The position numbers were made by a program, and so were the translations under genes. This document shows, piece by piece, positions 17,190 to 25,348 of a stretch of 32,000 bases of DNA; positions within the stretch are counted from its first letter, which is position 1; each line of letters opens with the position of its first letter. Under the pieces are notes generated by a model. The model saw only the letters and a list, made by a program, of their open reading frames with translations. It was not told the origin of the DNA and ran no database searches. This DNA is from Methylorubrum extorquens. GTDB lineage: Bacteria > Pseudomonadota > Alphaproteobacteria > Rhizobiales > Beijerinckiaceae. Location of the stretch: assembly GCA_900234795.1 (NCBI GenBank), contig LT962688.1, positions 4,560,001 through 4,592,000 on the forward strand. The letters run 5' to 3'.

Positions 17190-18534
17190 GGCCGAGCCAG
17201 CCCCGGCGCGGGTCGTGCTGATCGACGACGAGGAGATGGTTCGGCTTGCCATGGAGCAGGCGCTGCAGCTTGCCGGCATCGCGGTCGAGGCCTTTTCCAG
17301 CGCCGAGGCGGCGCTGCCGGCTATCGGGCGCGGCTTTTCCGGCATCGTCGTGAGCGACGTGCGTCTTCCGGGCCGCGACGGGCTCGAACTCCTCGCCGAC
17401 ATCCGCCGCCGCGACCCCGAATTACCGGTGGTGCTCGTCACCGGCCACGGCGACATCGCCATGGCGGTCGCCGCCATGCGCGAGGGCGCCTACCATTTCA
17501 TCGAGAAGCCGTTCGTCAACGATGCCTTCGTCGAGGTGGTCCGTCGCGCCCTCGAGAAGCGGGCGCTGGTGATGGAGAATCGCCGCCTGCGCGATGCCCT
17601 CGATCGCGGCGACGCGCCGGGCAGCGCGGTGGAGCGCTGCCTCGTCGGCCAGTCGCCGGCCCTGCGGCGGCTGCGCGACGACATCGCCTCGCTCAGTTCG
17701 GCCGCCGCCGACGTGCTGGTGCTCGGCGAAACCGGGGCAGGCAAAGAGCAGGTCGCCCGCGCCCTGCACGAGGGCGGCGCGCGGGCGGCGAAACCCTTCG
17801 TGGCGATCAATTGCGGCGCCATCCCCGAGAGCATGTTCGAGAGCGAGATGTTCGGCCACGAGGCCGGCGCCTTCACCGGGGCGGGCAAGCGCCGCATCGG
17901 CAAGGTCGAGCATGCGAGCGGCGGCACGCTGTTCCTCGACGAGGTCGAGAGCATGCCGCTGGCGCTCCAGGTGAAGCTCCTGCGCGTGCTGCAGGAGCGG
18001 CGCGTGGAACGGCTCGGCTCCAACACCAGCGTGCCGGTCGATCTGCGGGTGGTGGCGGCCACGAAGGAGGATCTCGACGCACTCTCGGAGGCGGGCCGCT
18101 TCCGCCGCGACCTGTTCTTTCGCCTCAACGTGGTGACGCTGACCCTCCCCCCCTTGCGCGAGCGTCGCGAGGACATCCCGCTGCTGTTCGAGCGCTTTCT
18201 CGTCCAGGCGGCGGTGAAGTACCAGCGCCCAGTGATCGAGGTGCCGCCGTCCCTGCGCCGCTCGCTGATGCTCGCCGATTGGCCGGGCAATGTGCGCGAA
18301 CTCAAGAACGCCGCCGAGCGCTACGTCCTCGGCTTCCTCAGCCCGGACCTCGCCGGCGGCCCCGGCGCGGCGCCAAGCCTCGACGCCCTGCTCGACCGGG
18401 TGGAGCGCCTCGTGATCGAGGATGCGCTCAAGGCCTCCGGCCAGCGCATCGCCGAAGCGGCGCGGACGCTCGGCCTGCCGCGCAAGACGCTCTCCGACCG
18501 CATGCGGCGTCTCGGCTTGAGCGCGGGCGACTGA
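17179..18534 (+). CDS. sigma-54-dependent response regulator (NtrC/DctD family enhancer-binding protein)
   Basis: 451-aa ORF. Receiver domain (VVLIDDEE...SDVRLPGRDG). AAA+ core with GETGAGKE and the sigma-54 contact loop GHEAGAFTGA. C-terminal Fis-type HTH (AARTLGLPRKTLSDRMRRLG). The start overlaps the kinase stop by 11 nt. Confidence 0.9.
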   Translation: MFPEAEPAPARVVLIDDEEMVRLAMEQALQLAGIAVEAFSSAEAALPAIGRGFSGIVVSDVRLPGRDGLELLADIRRRDPELPVVLVTGHGDIAMAVAAMREGAYHFIEKPFVNDAFVEVVRRALEKRALVMENRRLRDALDRGDAPGSAVERCLVGQSPALRRLRDDIASLSSAAADVLVLGETGAGKEQVARALHEGGARAAKPFVAINCGAIPESMFESEMFGHEAGAFTGAGKRRIGKVEHASGGTLFLDEVESMPLALQVKLLRVLQERRVERLGSNTSVPVDLRVVAATKEDLDALSEAGRFRRDLFFRLNVVTLTLPPLRERREDIPLLFERFLVQAAVKYQRPVIEVPPSLRRSLMLADWPGNVRELKNAAERYVLGFLSPDLAGGPGAAPSLDALLDRVERLVIEDALKASGQRIAEAARTLGLPRKTLSDRMRRLGLSAGD

Positions 18535-19391
18535 TGTCCTTCGAACACGAGACCGAGCCCATGATGCACGATTCCGGCTGGCCGCCGCTCATCCTCGCCA
18601 ACGCCCCCAACGGCGCCACCCGCAGCAAGGCCGACCATCCGGCCCTGCCGATCACGGAAAGCGAGATCGCCCGCACCGCCGCCGAGATAGCGGAAGCGGG
18701 TGCCGCCCTGATCCACGTCCATGTCCGCGACGCGCAAGGCCGCCACCTCCTCGACGCGCAGGCCTATCGCGCGGTCACCGCCGCGATCCGCGCCGAGGTC
18801 GGGGATCGCCTCGTCATCCAGATCACCTCGGAGGCCGCCGGGCGCTACGAAGCCCCGGAGCAGATGGCGGTGGTGCGCGCGACCCGCCCCGAAGCGGTGT
18901 CGCTGGCTCTGCGCGAGATCGTGCCGGATGCCGGGGCCGAGACCGCGGCGGCCGCGTTCTTCGCCTGGGCGCGGCGCGAGCGCGTCCTCCTCCAGATCAT
19001 TCTCTACGAACCGGCCGAGGTCGCCCGCTACGCCGATCTCAAAAGCCGCGGCGTGCTCGGCGAGGGCGGGGATTTCCCGCTCTTCGTGCTGGGCCGCTAC
19101 ACGCCCGGACAGGTCTCGCGGCCTGCCGACCTGCTGCCCTTCCTCGCAGAGGCAGGGGAGGGGGTGCCGCTCTGGTCGATCTGCGCCTTCGGCCCGCGGG
19201 AGAATGCCTGCGCCCTCGTCGCGGCGGGCCTCGGCGGGCATGTGCGCGTCGGCTTCGAGAACAGCCTGCTCGCGCCCGACGGCCGCCCAGCCGAGAGCAA
19301 TGCCGCCCAGATCCGCCGCGCTGCGGAGGGTGCCCGCCTGCTCGGGCGCCCGCTGGCCGATGCCGACACCGCGCGGGCGCTGATGGCCTGA
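18534..19391 (+). CDS. 3-keto-5-aminohexanoate cleavage enzyme family protein (BKACE, DUF849)
   Basis: The track shows a 526-aa read-through ORF (17811..19391). The real gene starts at ATG 18534, which shares one base with the regulator's TGA (cTGATG). MSFEHETEPMMHDSGWPPLILANAPNGATRSKADHPALPITESEIARTAAEIAEAGAALIHVHVRD is a typical BKACE N-terminus. Length 285 aa. Confidence 0.8.
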   Translation: MSFEHETEPMMHDSGWPPLILANAPNGATRSKADHPALPITESEIARTAAEIAEAGAALIHVHVRDAQGRHLLDAQAYRAVTAAIRAEVGDRLVIQITSEAAGRYEAPEQMAVVRATRPEAVSLALREIVPDAGAETAAAAFFAWARRERVLLQIILYEPAEVARYADLKSRGVLGEGGDFPLFVLGRYTPGQVSRPADLLPFLAEAGEGVPLWSICAFGPRENACALVAAGLGGHVRVGFENSLLAPDGRPAESNAAQIRRAAEGARLLGRPLADADTARALMA

Positions 19392-19765
19392 CCGAGTCCG
19401 GACCTCCCCAAACGCCCGATCCGGCGCTGACGCTGGGCCGGTTCGCATCGGCGACATTTTGCGGCCCGGTTCGTGAGGCTGTGCTTGATACCGGGCCGGC
19501 ATCTACTTCGGCGGTGGCGCTCCCAACCGGCTTCAAATGTGGATTTGTACGAAGACGATTTTTAATCCCGCTTTTTTTGACGGACTGCAGATATTTTTAG
19601 TCTGTTGTTTTTGGATTAAAATTGTAACAAGTCTCGAGTTTTATCAATTGATCAGCTGAAGCTCGGCTTCTCCCCCCTGGGTCGACCCTCCATGAAGGTG
19701 GCTCAACGAGCAAAGCGTGCCGAGTCGAGGACGGCGGTTCAGGCGCGAGTTCCGGGGGAATCGAC

Positions 19766-20683
19766 TTGAAATTCGGACAGAAAGTGCGCCGCGCCGCACA
19801 GGTCGTCACGTCTGTTTGCGTAGCGGGCGCTTGCCTGGCTGGGGCCTCTTCCTCGGCCCTGGCCCGCTCCGCCGCCTTGCCCGGCATCACCGTCGGCCTT
19901 CCGACGGGCTGGCAGGTTCCGGAGGGCGTCCAGATGGCCCTCACGACCAGCTTCGCCGAGCGCAGCACGCAGCCGCGGGACAACCAGGGCAACAACAACC
20001 TCGTCGTCTTCCTCTGGGCGACGCCCTGGAAGGTGCTAGGCGGACAGTTGCGGTTCCTTCAGTCGTTTCCGTTCAACGCGGCCAGCCCGCAGGGCGGTCC
20101 ATGGCAGGCAGGCCTCTATCAACCGCTGACGACGGCCCAGATCGCCTGGAAGATCAACGACAACCTCGGCGTCAGCTACTTCCTCGGCGGCTTCTGGCCC
20201 AGTGACACGCTCCTGGCACTCCGGTCGGCCTCGATCGCTCAGCGCTTCGCGATCAGCTATGTCGGCGATGGCTGGAACGTGACGGCCAACCTCCATTACG
20301 GCACGATGCTGGCAGAGAATTCGCCGACCAACGTGCACTATTCCGACTACCTGAACCTCGACCTGACCGCGACCAAGCGGTTCGGCAAATGGTCGTTCGG
20401 TGCCGTCGCCTTCGGCTCGACCGACCTGCCGACGAACCGGCGGGGCTACCGGCCTGGCGGACAGGTCGCCATGGGCCCGCTCGTCGCCTACGCGTTCGAC
20501 AAGTTCACGGTCCAATCCTTCGTCACCCGCGACATCGCCCAGCGTAACCTCGGCGGCGAGGAGACGCGCGCCTGGCTGCGCTTCCTCGTGCCGCTCTGGC
20601 GGCCGGATAAGGGGGAACAGGTTCCGAACCGCGTCCTCGTTCGGCGCAACAGCGCCGCGGGGCCGGCGATTGCCGGCCAGTGA
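19766..20683 (+). CDS. putative outer-membrane beta-barrel protein (MetA-pathway/transporter-like; assignment tentative)
   Basis: 305-aa ORF with a TTG start (GTG 19784 is an alternative). Signal peptide VTSVCVAGACLAGASSSALA. Alternating hydrophobic beta-strand pattern rich in aromatic, Gly and Asn residues (WNVTANLHYG, YLNLDLTATKRFGKWSFGAVAFG). The beta-strand-like AWLRFLVPLW is followed by a 27-aa non-barrel tail. Confidence 0.45.
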   Translation: MKFGQKVRRAAQVVTSVCVAGACLAGASSSALARSAALPGITVGLPTGWQVPEGVQMALTTSFAERSTQPRDNQGNNNLVVFLWATPWKVLGGQLRFLQSFPFNAASPQGGPWQAGLYQPLTTAQIAWKINDNLGVSYFLGGFWPSDTLLALRSASIAQRFAISYVGDGWNVTANLHYGTMLAENSPTNVHYSDYLNLDLTATKRFGKWSFGAVAFGSTDLPTNRRGYRPGGQVAMGPLVAYAFDKFTVQSFVTRDIAQRNLGGEETRAWLRFLVPLWRPDKGEQVPNRVLVRRNSAAGPAIAGQ

Positions 20684-20687
20684 CGAT

Positions 20688-20710
20688 CCGGCCCGCCTCA
20701 GGCGGGCCGG
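20688..20710. terminator. hairpin between convergent genes (candidate bidirectional terminator)
   Basis: CCGGCCCGCC tca GGCGGGCCGG: a 10-bp perfect stem with a 3-nt loop. It lies 5 nt after the OMP stop and 8 nt before the hdeD-like stop. There is no clear U-tract. Confidence 0.5.
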
Positions 20711-20717
20711 ACACCGT

Positions 20718-21377
20718 TTAGCTTGAGGTTCTGGCGTGGCCGCTCTCGGAGAGCGGCCGCGCCGTCGCCGTGTGATGGGAGCGCAGGCGGAAGCCGAGGA
20801 TCAGCAGCATCACGCCGAAGGCCACCGCGTAGGCGCCGAGCCACCACGTCAGCACCAAAGCCGACATGCCGGGATTGATCAGAAGCGCGATCCCGAACAG
20901 CACCGAGACGGCGCCGCCGAGACCCAGCCACCAGCGCCCGTAATGCGGATGGAGGCGGAAGGCCGCCGCGATCATCAGCCCGCCCGAGAGCAGCGCCCAG
21001 GCAGCCACGAGAAGCACGAAGGCCCAGACGGCGGCGGCCGGCACGAGAAACGCCGCGACACCGACCACGATGTCGAGCAGGCCCTCGAGCAGTAGGAAGC
21101 CCCAGCGCTCGTGTTGCCGTGCCGCCCGCACCGCCGCGGCGATGCCGAAGAAGCCGTCGACCAGCATGTAGGCCGCGAAGAACAGCACCAGCGAGAGCAC
21201 GAAGGCCCCCGGCGCCACGAAAGCGATCGCTCCGAACAGGATGGCCAGCGCCCCGCGCAGGGCCACGAGCCACCAGTTGCGGGCCAGGACGGCGCTCATC
21301 GCGTCGAGGCGGTCCGATCCGGTCGGCGGCAAGCCGGGCGGATGGGTTGCACCGGATGTCTCGGACGTTCCAGCCAT
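20718..21377 (-). CDS. HdeD-family / DUF308 membrane protein
   Basis: Track ORF is 20718..21467. I prefer ATG 21377, preceded by GGAGGAGCG. It has six hydrophobic helices with the DUF308 repeat pattern (WWLVALRGALAILFGAIAF, GFLLLEGLLDIVVGVAAF, WWLGLGGAVSVLFGIALL). Confidence 0.75.
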   Translation of the reverse strand: MAGTSETSGATHPPGLPPTGSDRLDAMSAVLARNWWLVALRGALAILFGAIAFVAPGAFVLSLVLFFAAYMLVDGFFGIAAAVRAARQHERWGFLLLEGLLDIVVGVAAFLVPAAAVWAFVLLVAAWALLSGGLMIAAAFRLHPHYGRWWLGLGGAVSVLFGIALLINPGMSALVLTWWLGAYAVAFGVMLLILGFRLRSHHTATARPLSESGHARTSS

Positions 21378-21983
21378 CTCACGCTCCTCCGGCAAGGTTG
21401 GGCACAGTCGGGCAAGGTCAGGGATGGCGGCGCGGCGGCCGGATCGGGCCGGGCACACGCGTCCCATCGGTTGTGCAACGCAACTTAGAGCTGCCTGTTC
21501 CCCGCCTCGTAATCGAGGGCCGGATCATGAAGCCAATTCGCAAGTGTCCGTCTTCAGGTCCGTTGGATCGTTTGCGGATGATGTGCGTATCCGAGTTGCT
21601 CGGTGGGGGTTGATAGCGGCGATCCCGCCGCTCGGGACGCCGCTTGCTCGATTCTGAGTTCATGGGCCCCGGCATCAGGATTGGATGCGGGAAGCGACAT
21701 CTGCGGGTGTCTCGGATTCTGCGCCAGGAACCTTTCACGGCGTTTCCAGTGGTCCCTTGCGCAATCGAAGGGGCCGCTGTGTCCCGGTTCGAGCGACGCG
21801 GCGTGCCCTCTCGCATTTCAACTTGGGAACCGCCCGCTCTCATGCAGGCATAGCGACGGTCCGCGCCACACCGATGGCTTCGCGGAATCGCCCGAAGATG
21901 GCAGAACCGTCCGGCGGAAGCTTAGGGTTCTCGCGAAGGCCGGGACGGGGATGCCGGACCCCGACCGTGCGAAAGGACGCGAC

Positions 21984-22736
21984 ATGACGGTGTCGAACGA
22001 CGACGAGTTGGCAGGGCTGAAGCAGATCGGCCGCATCGTGGCCGATACGCTGGCCGCGATGGGCCGGGCGATCGAACCGGGCATGACCACGCGCGAACTC
22101 GATGACGTCGGGCGGGCCTTCCTGGAGGCGGCCGGCGCGCGCTCGGCGCCGGAGGCGGTCTACGCCTTTCCCGGCGCGACCTGCATCAGCGTCAACGAGG
22201 AGATCGCCCACGGCATCCCTGGCGCGCGCCGGATCGCGCCGGGGGATTTGGTCAATATCGACGTCTCGGCGGAGCGGGACGGCTACTTTGCCGATACGGG
22301 CGCGTCCTTCGCCGTGCCGCCGGTGACGCGCGCGGTCGAGCGGCTGTGCAAGGACGGGCGCCGGGCGATGTGGGCGGGCCTGCGTCAGGTCGGCGCCGGC
22401 AAGCCGCTCTCAGGGATAGGCCGGGCGGTGGGCACCTTCGCGCACAAGAACGGCTACACGCTGGTGCGCAACCTCGCGAGCCACGGCGTGGGCCTGTCGC
22501 TGCACGAGGAGCCGACCGAGATCGCGACCTGGCCCGATCCGTCCGAGCGCCGGATCATGCGCGACGGCATGGTGTTGACCGTCGAGCCGTTCCTGTCGCT
22601 GGGCGCGGATTTCGCCGAGGACGGCGACGATCCCTGGACCCTCTACAGCCGGCCGCGCGCCCTCACGGTCCAGTACGAGCACACCGCCGTCGCCACGCGC
22701 AACGGTCCGCTGATCCTCACCATGCCGGGGGCGTAG
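21984..22736 (+). CDS. map: type I methionyl aminopeptidase
   Basis: ATG 21984 is preceded by AAGGA and gives 250 aa. Track ORF 21603.. carries a non-protein-like N-terminal extension. M24A pattern: ISVNEEIAHGIP, GDLVNIDVSAERDGYFADTG, ASHGVGLSLHEEP, LTVEPF, QYEHT. Confidence 0.9.
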   Translation: MTVSNDDELAGLKQIGRIVADTLAAMGRAIEPGMTTRELDDVGRAFLEAAGARSAPEAVYAFPGATCISVNEEIAHGIPGARRIAPGDLVNIDVSAERDGYFADTGASFAVPPVTRAVERLCKDGRRAMWAGLRQVGAGKPLSGIGRAVGTFAHKNGYTLVRNLASHGVGLSLHEEPTEIATWPDPSERRIMRDGMVLTVEPFLSLGADFAEDGDDPWTLYSRPRALTVQYEHTAVATRNGPLILTMPGA

Positions 22737-22742
22737 CGCAAG

Positions 22743-22775
22743 AGAGCGTCGCTAGAGCGTCGCCAGAGCGTCGCC
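22743..22775. repeat. three tandem copies of an 11-bp unit AGAGCGTCGCY
   Basis: AGAGCGTCGCT (22743-22753), AGAGCGTCGCC (22754-22764) and AGAGCGTCGCC (22765-22775). The array begins 7 nt after the map stop codon. Confidence 0.9.
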
Positions 22776-22866
22776 CTGGATGTCAGGTCGAGGACGCCGC
22801 TCTCCGTTTTCAGATTCCGCATCGTTCCGAAAGCCTGCAACCACCTTTCGGGACGAGGCTCGTCAC

Positions 22867-23295
22867 TCAGCCCGCATTCGCGTCGAGCCAGCGCTCGGCG
22901 CCCGAGAGGTCGTAGCCGTGGCGGGCACCGTAGGCCGCCACCTCGTCCCGGCCCAGGCGTCCGGCGAGCACTTCGCCGATCACCCAGAGCGTCAGCGAGC
23001 GCGTGCCGCTGCGGCAATGGGCGACGACCGGGCCCGGTGCCGCCTCGACCGCCGCGTGGAAGCGCTCCACCGCCTCGCGGGTGAGGGTGGGGCCGGTCAC
23101 CGGCAGATCGAGGTAGCGCAGGCCCGCCGCCTCCGCCGCCGCGCGCTCGGCCGCCGCGCCGGGCTGGCCCGGCTCCTCGCCGTCGGGGCGGTTGTTGATG
23201 AGGAGGCGCACGCCCTCGGCCCCGAGCGCCTCGATCTCCGCAAGGCTCGGCTGGCCAGCCACGGAGAGCTTGGAATCGATGGTTGTCCGCTTCAT
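22867..23295 (-). CDS. DUF442 / TIGR01244-type phosphatase-fold (sulfurtransferase-like) protein
   Basis: ATG 23295 gives 142 aa: MKRTTIDSKLSVAGQPSLAEIEALGAEGVRLLINNRPDGEEPGQP... It carries the CX5R P-loop HCRSGTRS. Confidence 0.75.
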   Translation of the reverse strand: MKRTTIDSKLSVAGQPSLAEIEALGAEGVRLLINNRPDGEEPGQPGAAAERAAAEAAGLRYLDLPVTGPTLTREAVERFHAAVEAAPGPVVAHCRSGTRSLTLWVIGEVLAGRLGRDEVAAYGARHGYDLSGAERWLDANAG

Positions 23296-23471
23296 GCCGC
23301 CCACCCGTATCGCCGTCTGAGCTCCGGGCGTAGCCTGCACCGTTTGCCGCAACAAGGCGCTGCGCGCGATCAAGGCGGCGCACGTGACGCGGGGCCCCGG
23401 CGGGAGCCGTGCGGCTTCCCGTCCGTTTCCCTGGCGCCCGGCACGACCGGGCCACTGAACGGAGACACGGG

Positions 23472-23849
23472 GTGGTGGGGCGGCGCGCCCGTCGCTGGCG
23501 CGACGCGGATCCCGAGACGCACGGACCGAAGCCGGCGGCCACGCCGGTCTGCCCGCTCTGCGAGCGGCCGATTCCGGCCCATGCACGCCAAAGCCTGCAT
23601 CACCTCACGCCGAAGATGAAGGGCGGGGCCCATGGGGCGACGGTGCGGCTCCATCAGATCTGCCACTCGGCGATCCATGCCCGCTACAGCGAGGCCGAGA
23701 TCGCCCGGCGGCTCGCCGAGGTCGAGGCGCTCCGCGCCGATCCCGAAATCGCCCGCTTCCTCGACTGGGTGCGCGGCAAGCCCGACGATTTCCACGCCCC
23801 GACTCGCAAGACCCGCGACCGACGCGGCGACGGGGGCGTGCGGCGGTAG
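23472..23849 (+). CDS. small HNH endonuclease family protein
   Basis: CPLCERPIP...HHLTPKMKGG...LHQICHSAIH is an HNH/zinc-finger pattern. The start is uncertain. I chose GTG 23472, which has GGAGA 6 nt upstream. The track ORF starts at GTG 23409. Confidence 0.7.
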   Translation: MVGRRARRWRDADPETHGPKPAATPVCPLCERPIPAHARQSLHHLTPKMKGGAHGATVRLHQICHSAIHARYSEAEIARRLAEVEALRADPEIARFLDWVRGKPDDFHAPTRKTRDRRGDGGVRR

Positions 23850-23962
23850 GGGGAGACTCACTCGGCCGAGCGGGCATCGCCGGCTCCGACGCTCCGGCGG
23901 GGTACCCGTGTGACTTCGCGAGTGATCTCGCCAGTAATCTCGGATGAGCCGTGCGTTTCGCC

Positions 23963-25348
23963 CTATGCCGCCTCGTGCGCCTGCGCCAATTCCACGTCGA
24001 GCCCGGCGATGGCGCGTTCCAGCGCCGCGAAGCAGTCCGGATCGAAGGCGGTGCCGACATCGCCGCGCATGATCGCCAGCGCCTTCTCCACGGGCATGGC
24101 CTTCCGGTAAGGCCGGTCGGCGGTCAGGGCGTCGAACACGTCGGCGACCGAGACGATCCGTGTCTCGGGCGCGATCGCCTCGCCCTTCAGCCCGCGGGGA
24201 TAGCCCCTTCCGTCGAGCCGCTCGTGATGGCCGCCCCCGATCCGGGCGATCTCGTGGAAGGCGGCCACCCGTGTCAGGATCGTCTCCGACATCGAGGCGT
24301 GGTTGCGCATGTCCTGCCACTCGGCCTCGTCCAGCTTGCCGTTCTTGTCGAGGATGGCGTTCGAGACCCCGAGCTTGCCGACATCGTGCAGCAGCGCGGC
24401 CCGCTTCAACCAGCGTCGGCGCTCCGGCGTGTAGCCGAGTTCGGCCGCGACCATGTCGGCATAGACCGCGACGCGCTCCGAATGGCCCGAGGTGAACGGG
24501 CTCTTGGCATCGATGATCTGCGCGAAGGCGCGGGCGATGTCGTCGAGGTAGTCTTCGTCCACCACGATCGGGCTGCGGGGCGCCAGCGCGAACACCGCCG
24601 CCTCGACCCCGTCGGAGGCCAGAGTCTCCCAAAAGCCGGGGGCGGCCGCGGCCGCCTCGAAGCAAGCCACGATCTGCGGATCGAACCACGTGCCGGCGCG
24701 GGCTTGCACCTCGGCCAGCGCCGCCGCGCGGTCGGCTGAGGCGTGGAAGACATCGACCACCTGGGCGAGCAGCGCCACGCGGGCATAGAGCGGGATCGCG
24801 GGGCCGGCGAGCCGATCGGGCCGGCCGCCGCCGTTCCAGTGCTCGTCGAGGGCGTGGATGGCTTCGCAGACGCTGGCCGGGAAGCGTAACTGCCGGGCGA
24901 TCTCGGCGCCGCGCTGACACCGGGTCTGGATCAGTTCGTCGACGATTGTACCCCCGTTCTGCAGGATGTTGAGCACCGCCCGGAAACGGTCGGCCAAGCC
25001 GGCCTTGAGGCCCGTATGCGAGAAGACGAAGCCCAGAACCTTCGGCAGGCTGTCGCTGACCGTCTTGAAATCGCGTTTGAAGCTCAGATCGTCCGACAGG
25101 TAGAGTTCACAGATGCGCGCAGCATTGCTGGAGCAGCCGAGATCCTTCAGCATCACGGTATGGTAGAGTTCCCAGAGCTGCAGTTCGGGCAGGCCCATCT
25201 GCCGGCCGATATGGAAGCCGATCCAGGTCGCGCGCACGCAATGCCCGACGGGTTGGCCCTCCGTCAGATCGAGGGCGTGGCTCAGGGCGCCGAGAATCTC
25301 CGAAAGTTGGACGGTCTGCTCGCCCTCGCTGCCCGACACGATGTGCAT
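23963..25348 (-). CDS. HD-GYP domain protein (putative c-di-GMP phosphodiesterase) with an N-terminal degenerate HD-GYP-like domain
   Basis: The C-terminal half has GHSERV, LLHDVGK and HHERLDGRGYP. The N-terminal half has parallel but degenerate motifs GHCVR, MLKDLGC and LDEHWNGGGRP. I used ATG 25348. The track ORF starts 15 nt upstream at GTG 25363. Confidence 0.88.
   Translation of the reverse strand: MHIVSGSEGEQTVQLSEILGALSHALDLTEGQPVGHCVRATWIGFHIGRQMGLPELQLWELYHTVMLKDLGCSSNAARICELYLSDDLSFKRDFKTVSDSLPKVLGFVFSHTGLKAGLADRFRAVLNILQNGGTIVDELIQTRCQRGAEIARQLRFPASVCEAIHALDEHWNGGGRPDRLAGPAIPLYARVALLAQVVDVFHASADRAAALAEVQARAGTWFDPQIVACFEAAAAAPGFWETLASDGVEAAVFALAPRSPIVVDEDYLDDIARAFAQIIDAKSPFTSGHSERVAVYADMVAAELGYTPERRRWLKRAALLHDVGKLGVSNAILDKNGKLDEAEWQDMRNHASMSETILTRVAAFHEIARIGGGHHERLDGRGYPRGLKGEAIAPETRIVSVADVFDALTADRPYRKAMPVEKALAIMRGDVGTAFDPDCFAALERAIAGLDVELAQAHEAA

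Noticed and set aside
17811-18533. N-terminal 241 codons of the 526-aa track ORF 17811-19391
   Set aside because: This part overlaps the regulator gene in another frame and is Arg/Pro/Gly-rich. The BKACE homology begins only at the ATG at 18534, which is coupled to the regulator's stop.
19440-19500. Two GGCC(C)GGTTCG repeats resembling tRNA T-arm sequence
   Set aside because: No complementary stem, acceptor arm or anticodon arm can be drawn. It is not a tRNA or a tRNA fragment that I can support.
21527-21613. 28-codon ORF MKPIRKCPSSGPLDRLRMMCVSELLGGG with GAGGG 7 nt upstream
   Set aside because: The spacing is good, but the ORF is too short and featureless to call from sequence alone. It is kept only as a note inside the long-intergenic finding.
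23472-23849. The HNH endonuclease as a possible defence or mobile-element marker
   Set aside because: It is a single small HNH protein with no adjacent ATPase, methylase, helicase, integrase or phage genes. Its neighbours are a DUF442 phosphatase-fold protein and an HD-GYP protein. That is insufficient evidence for a system.
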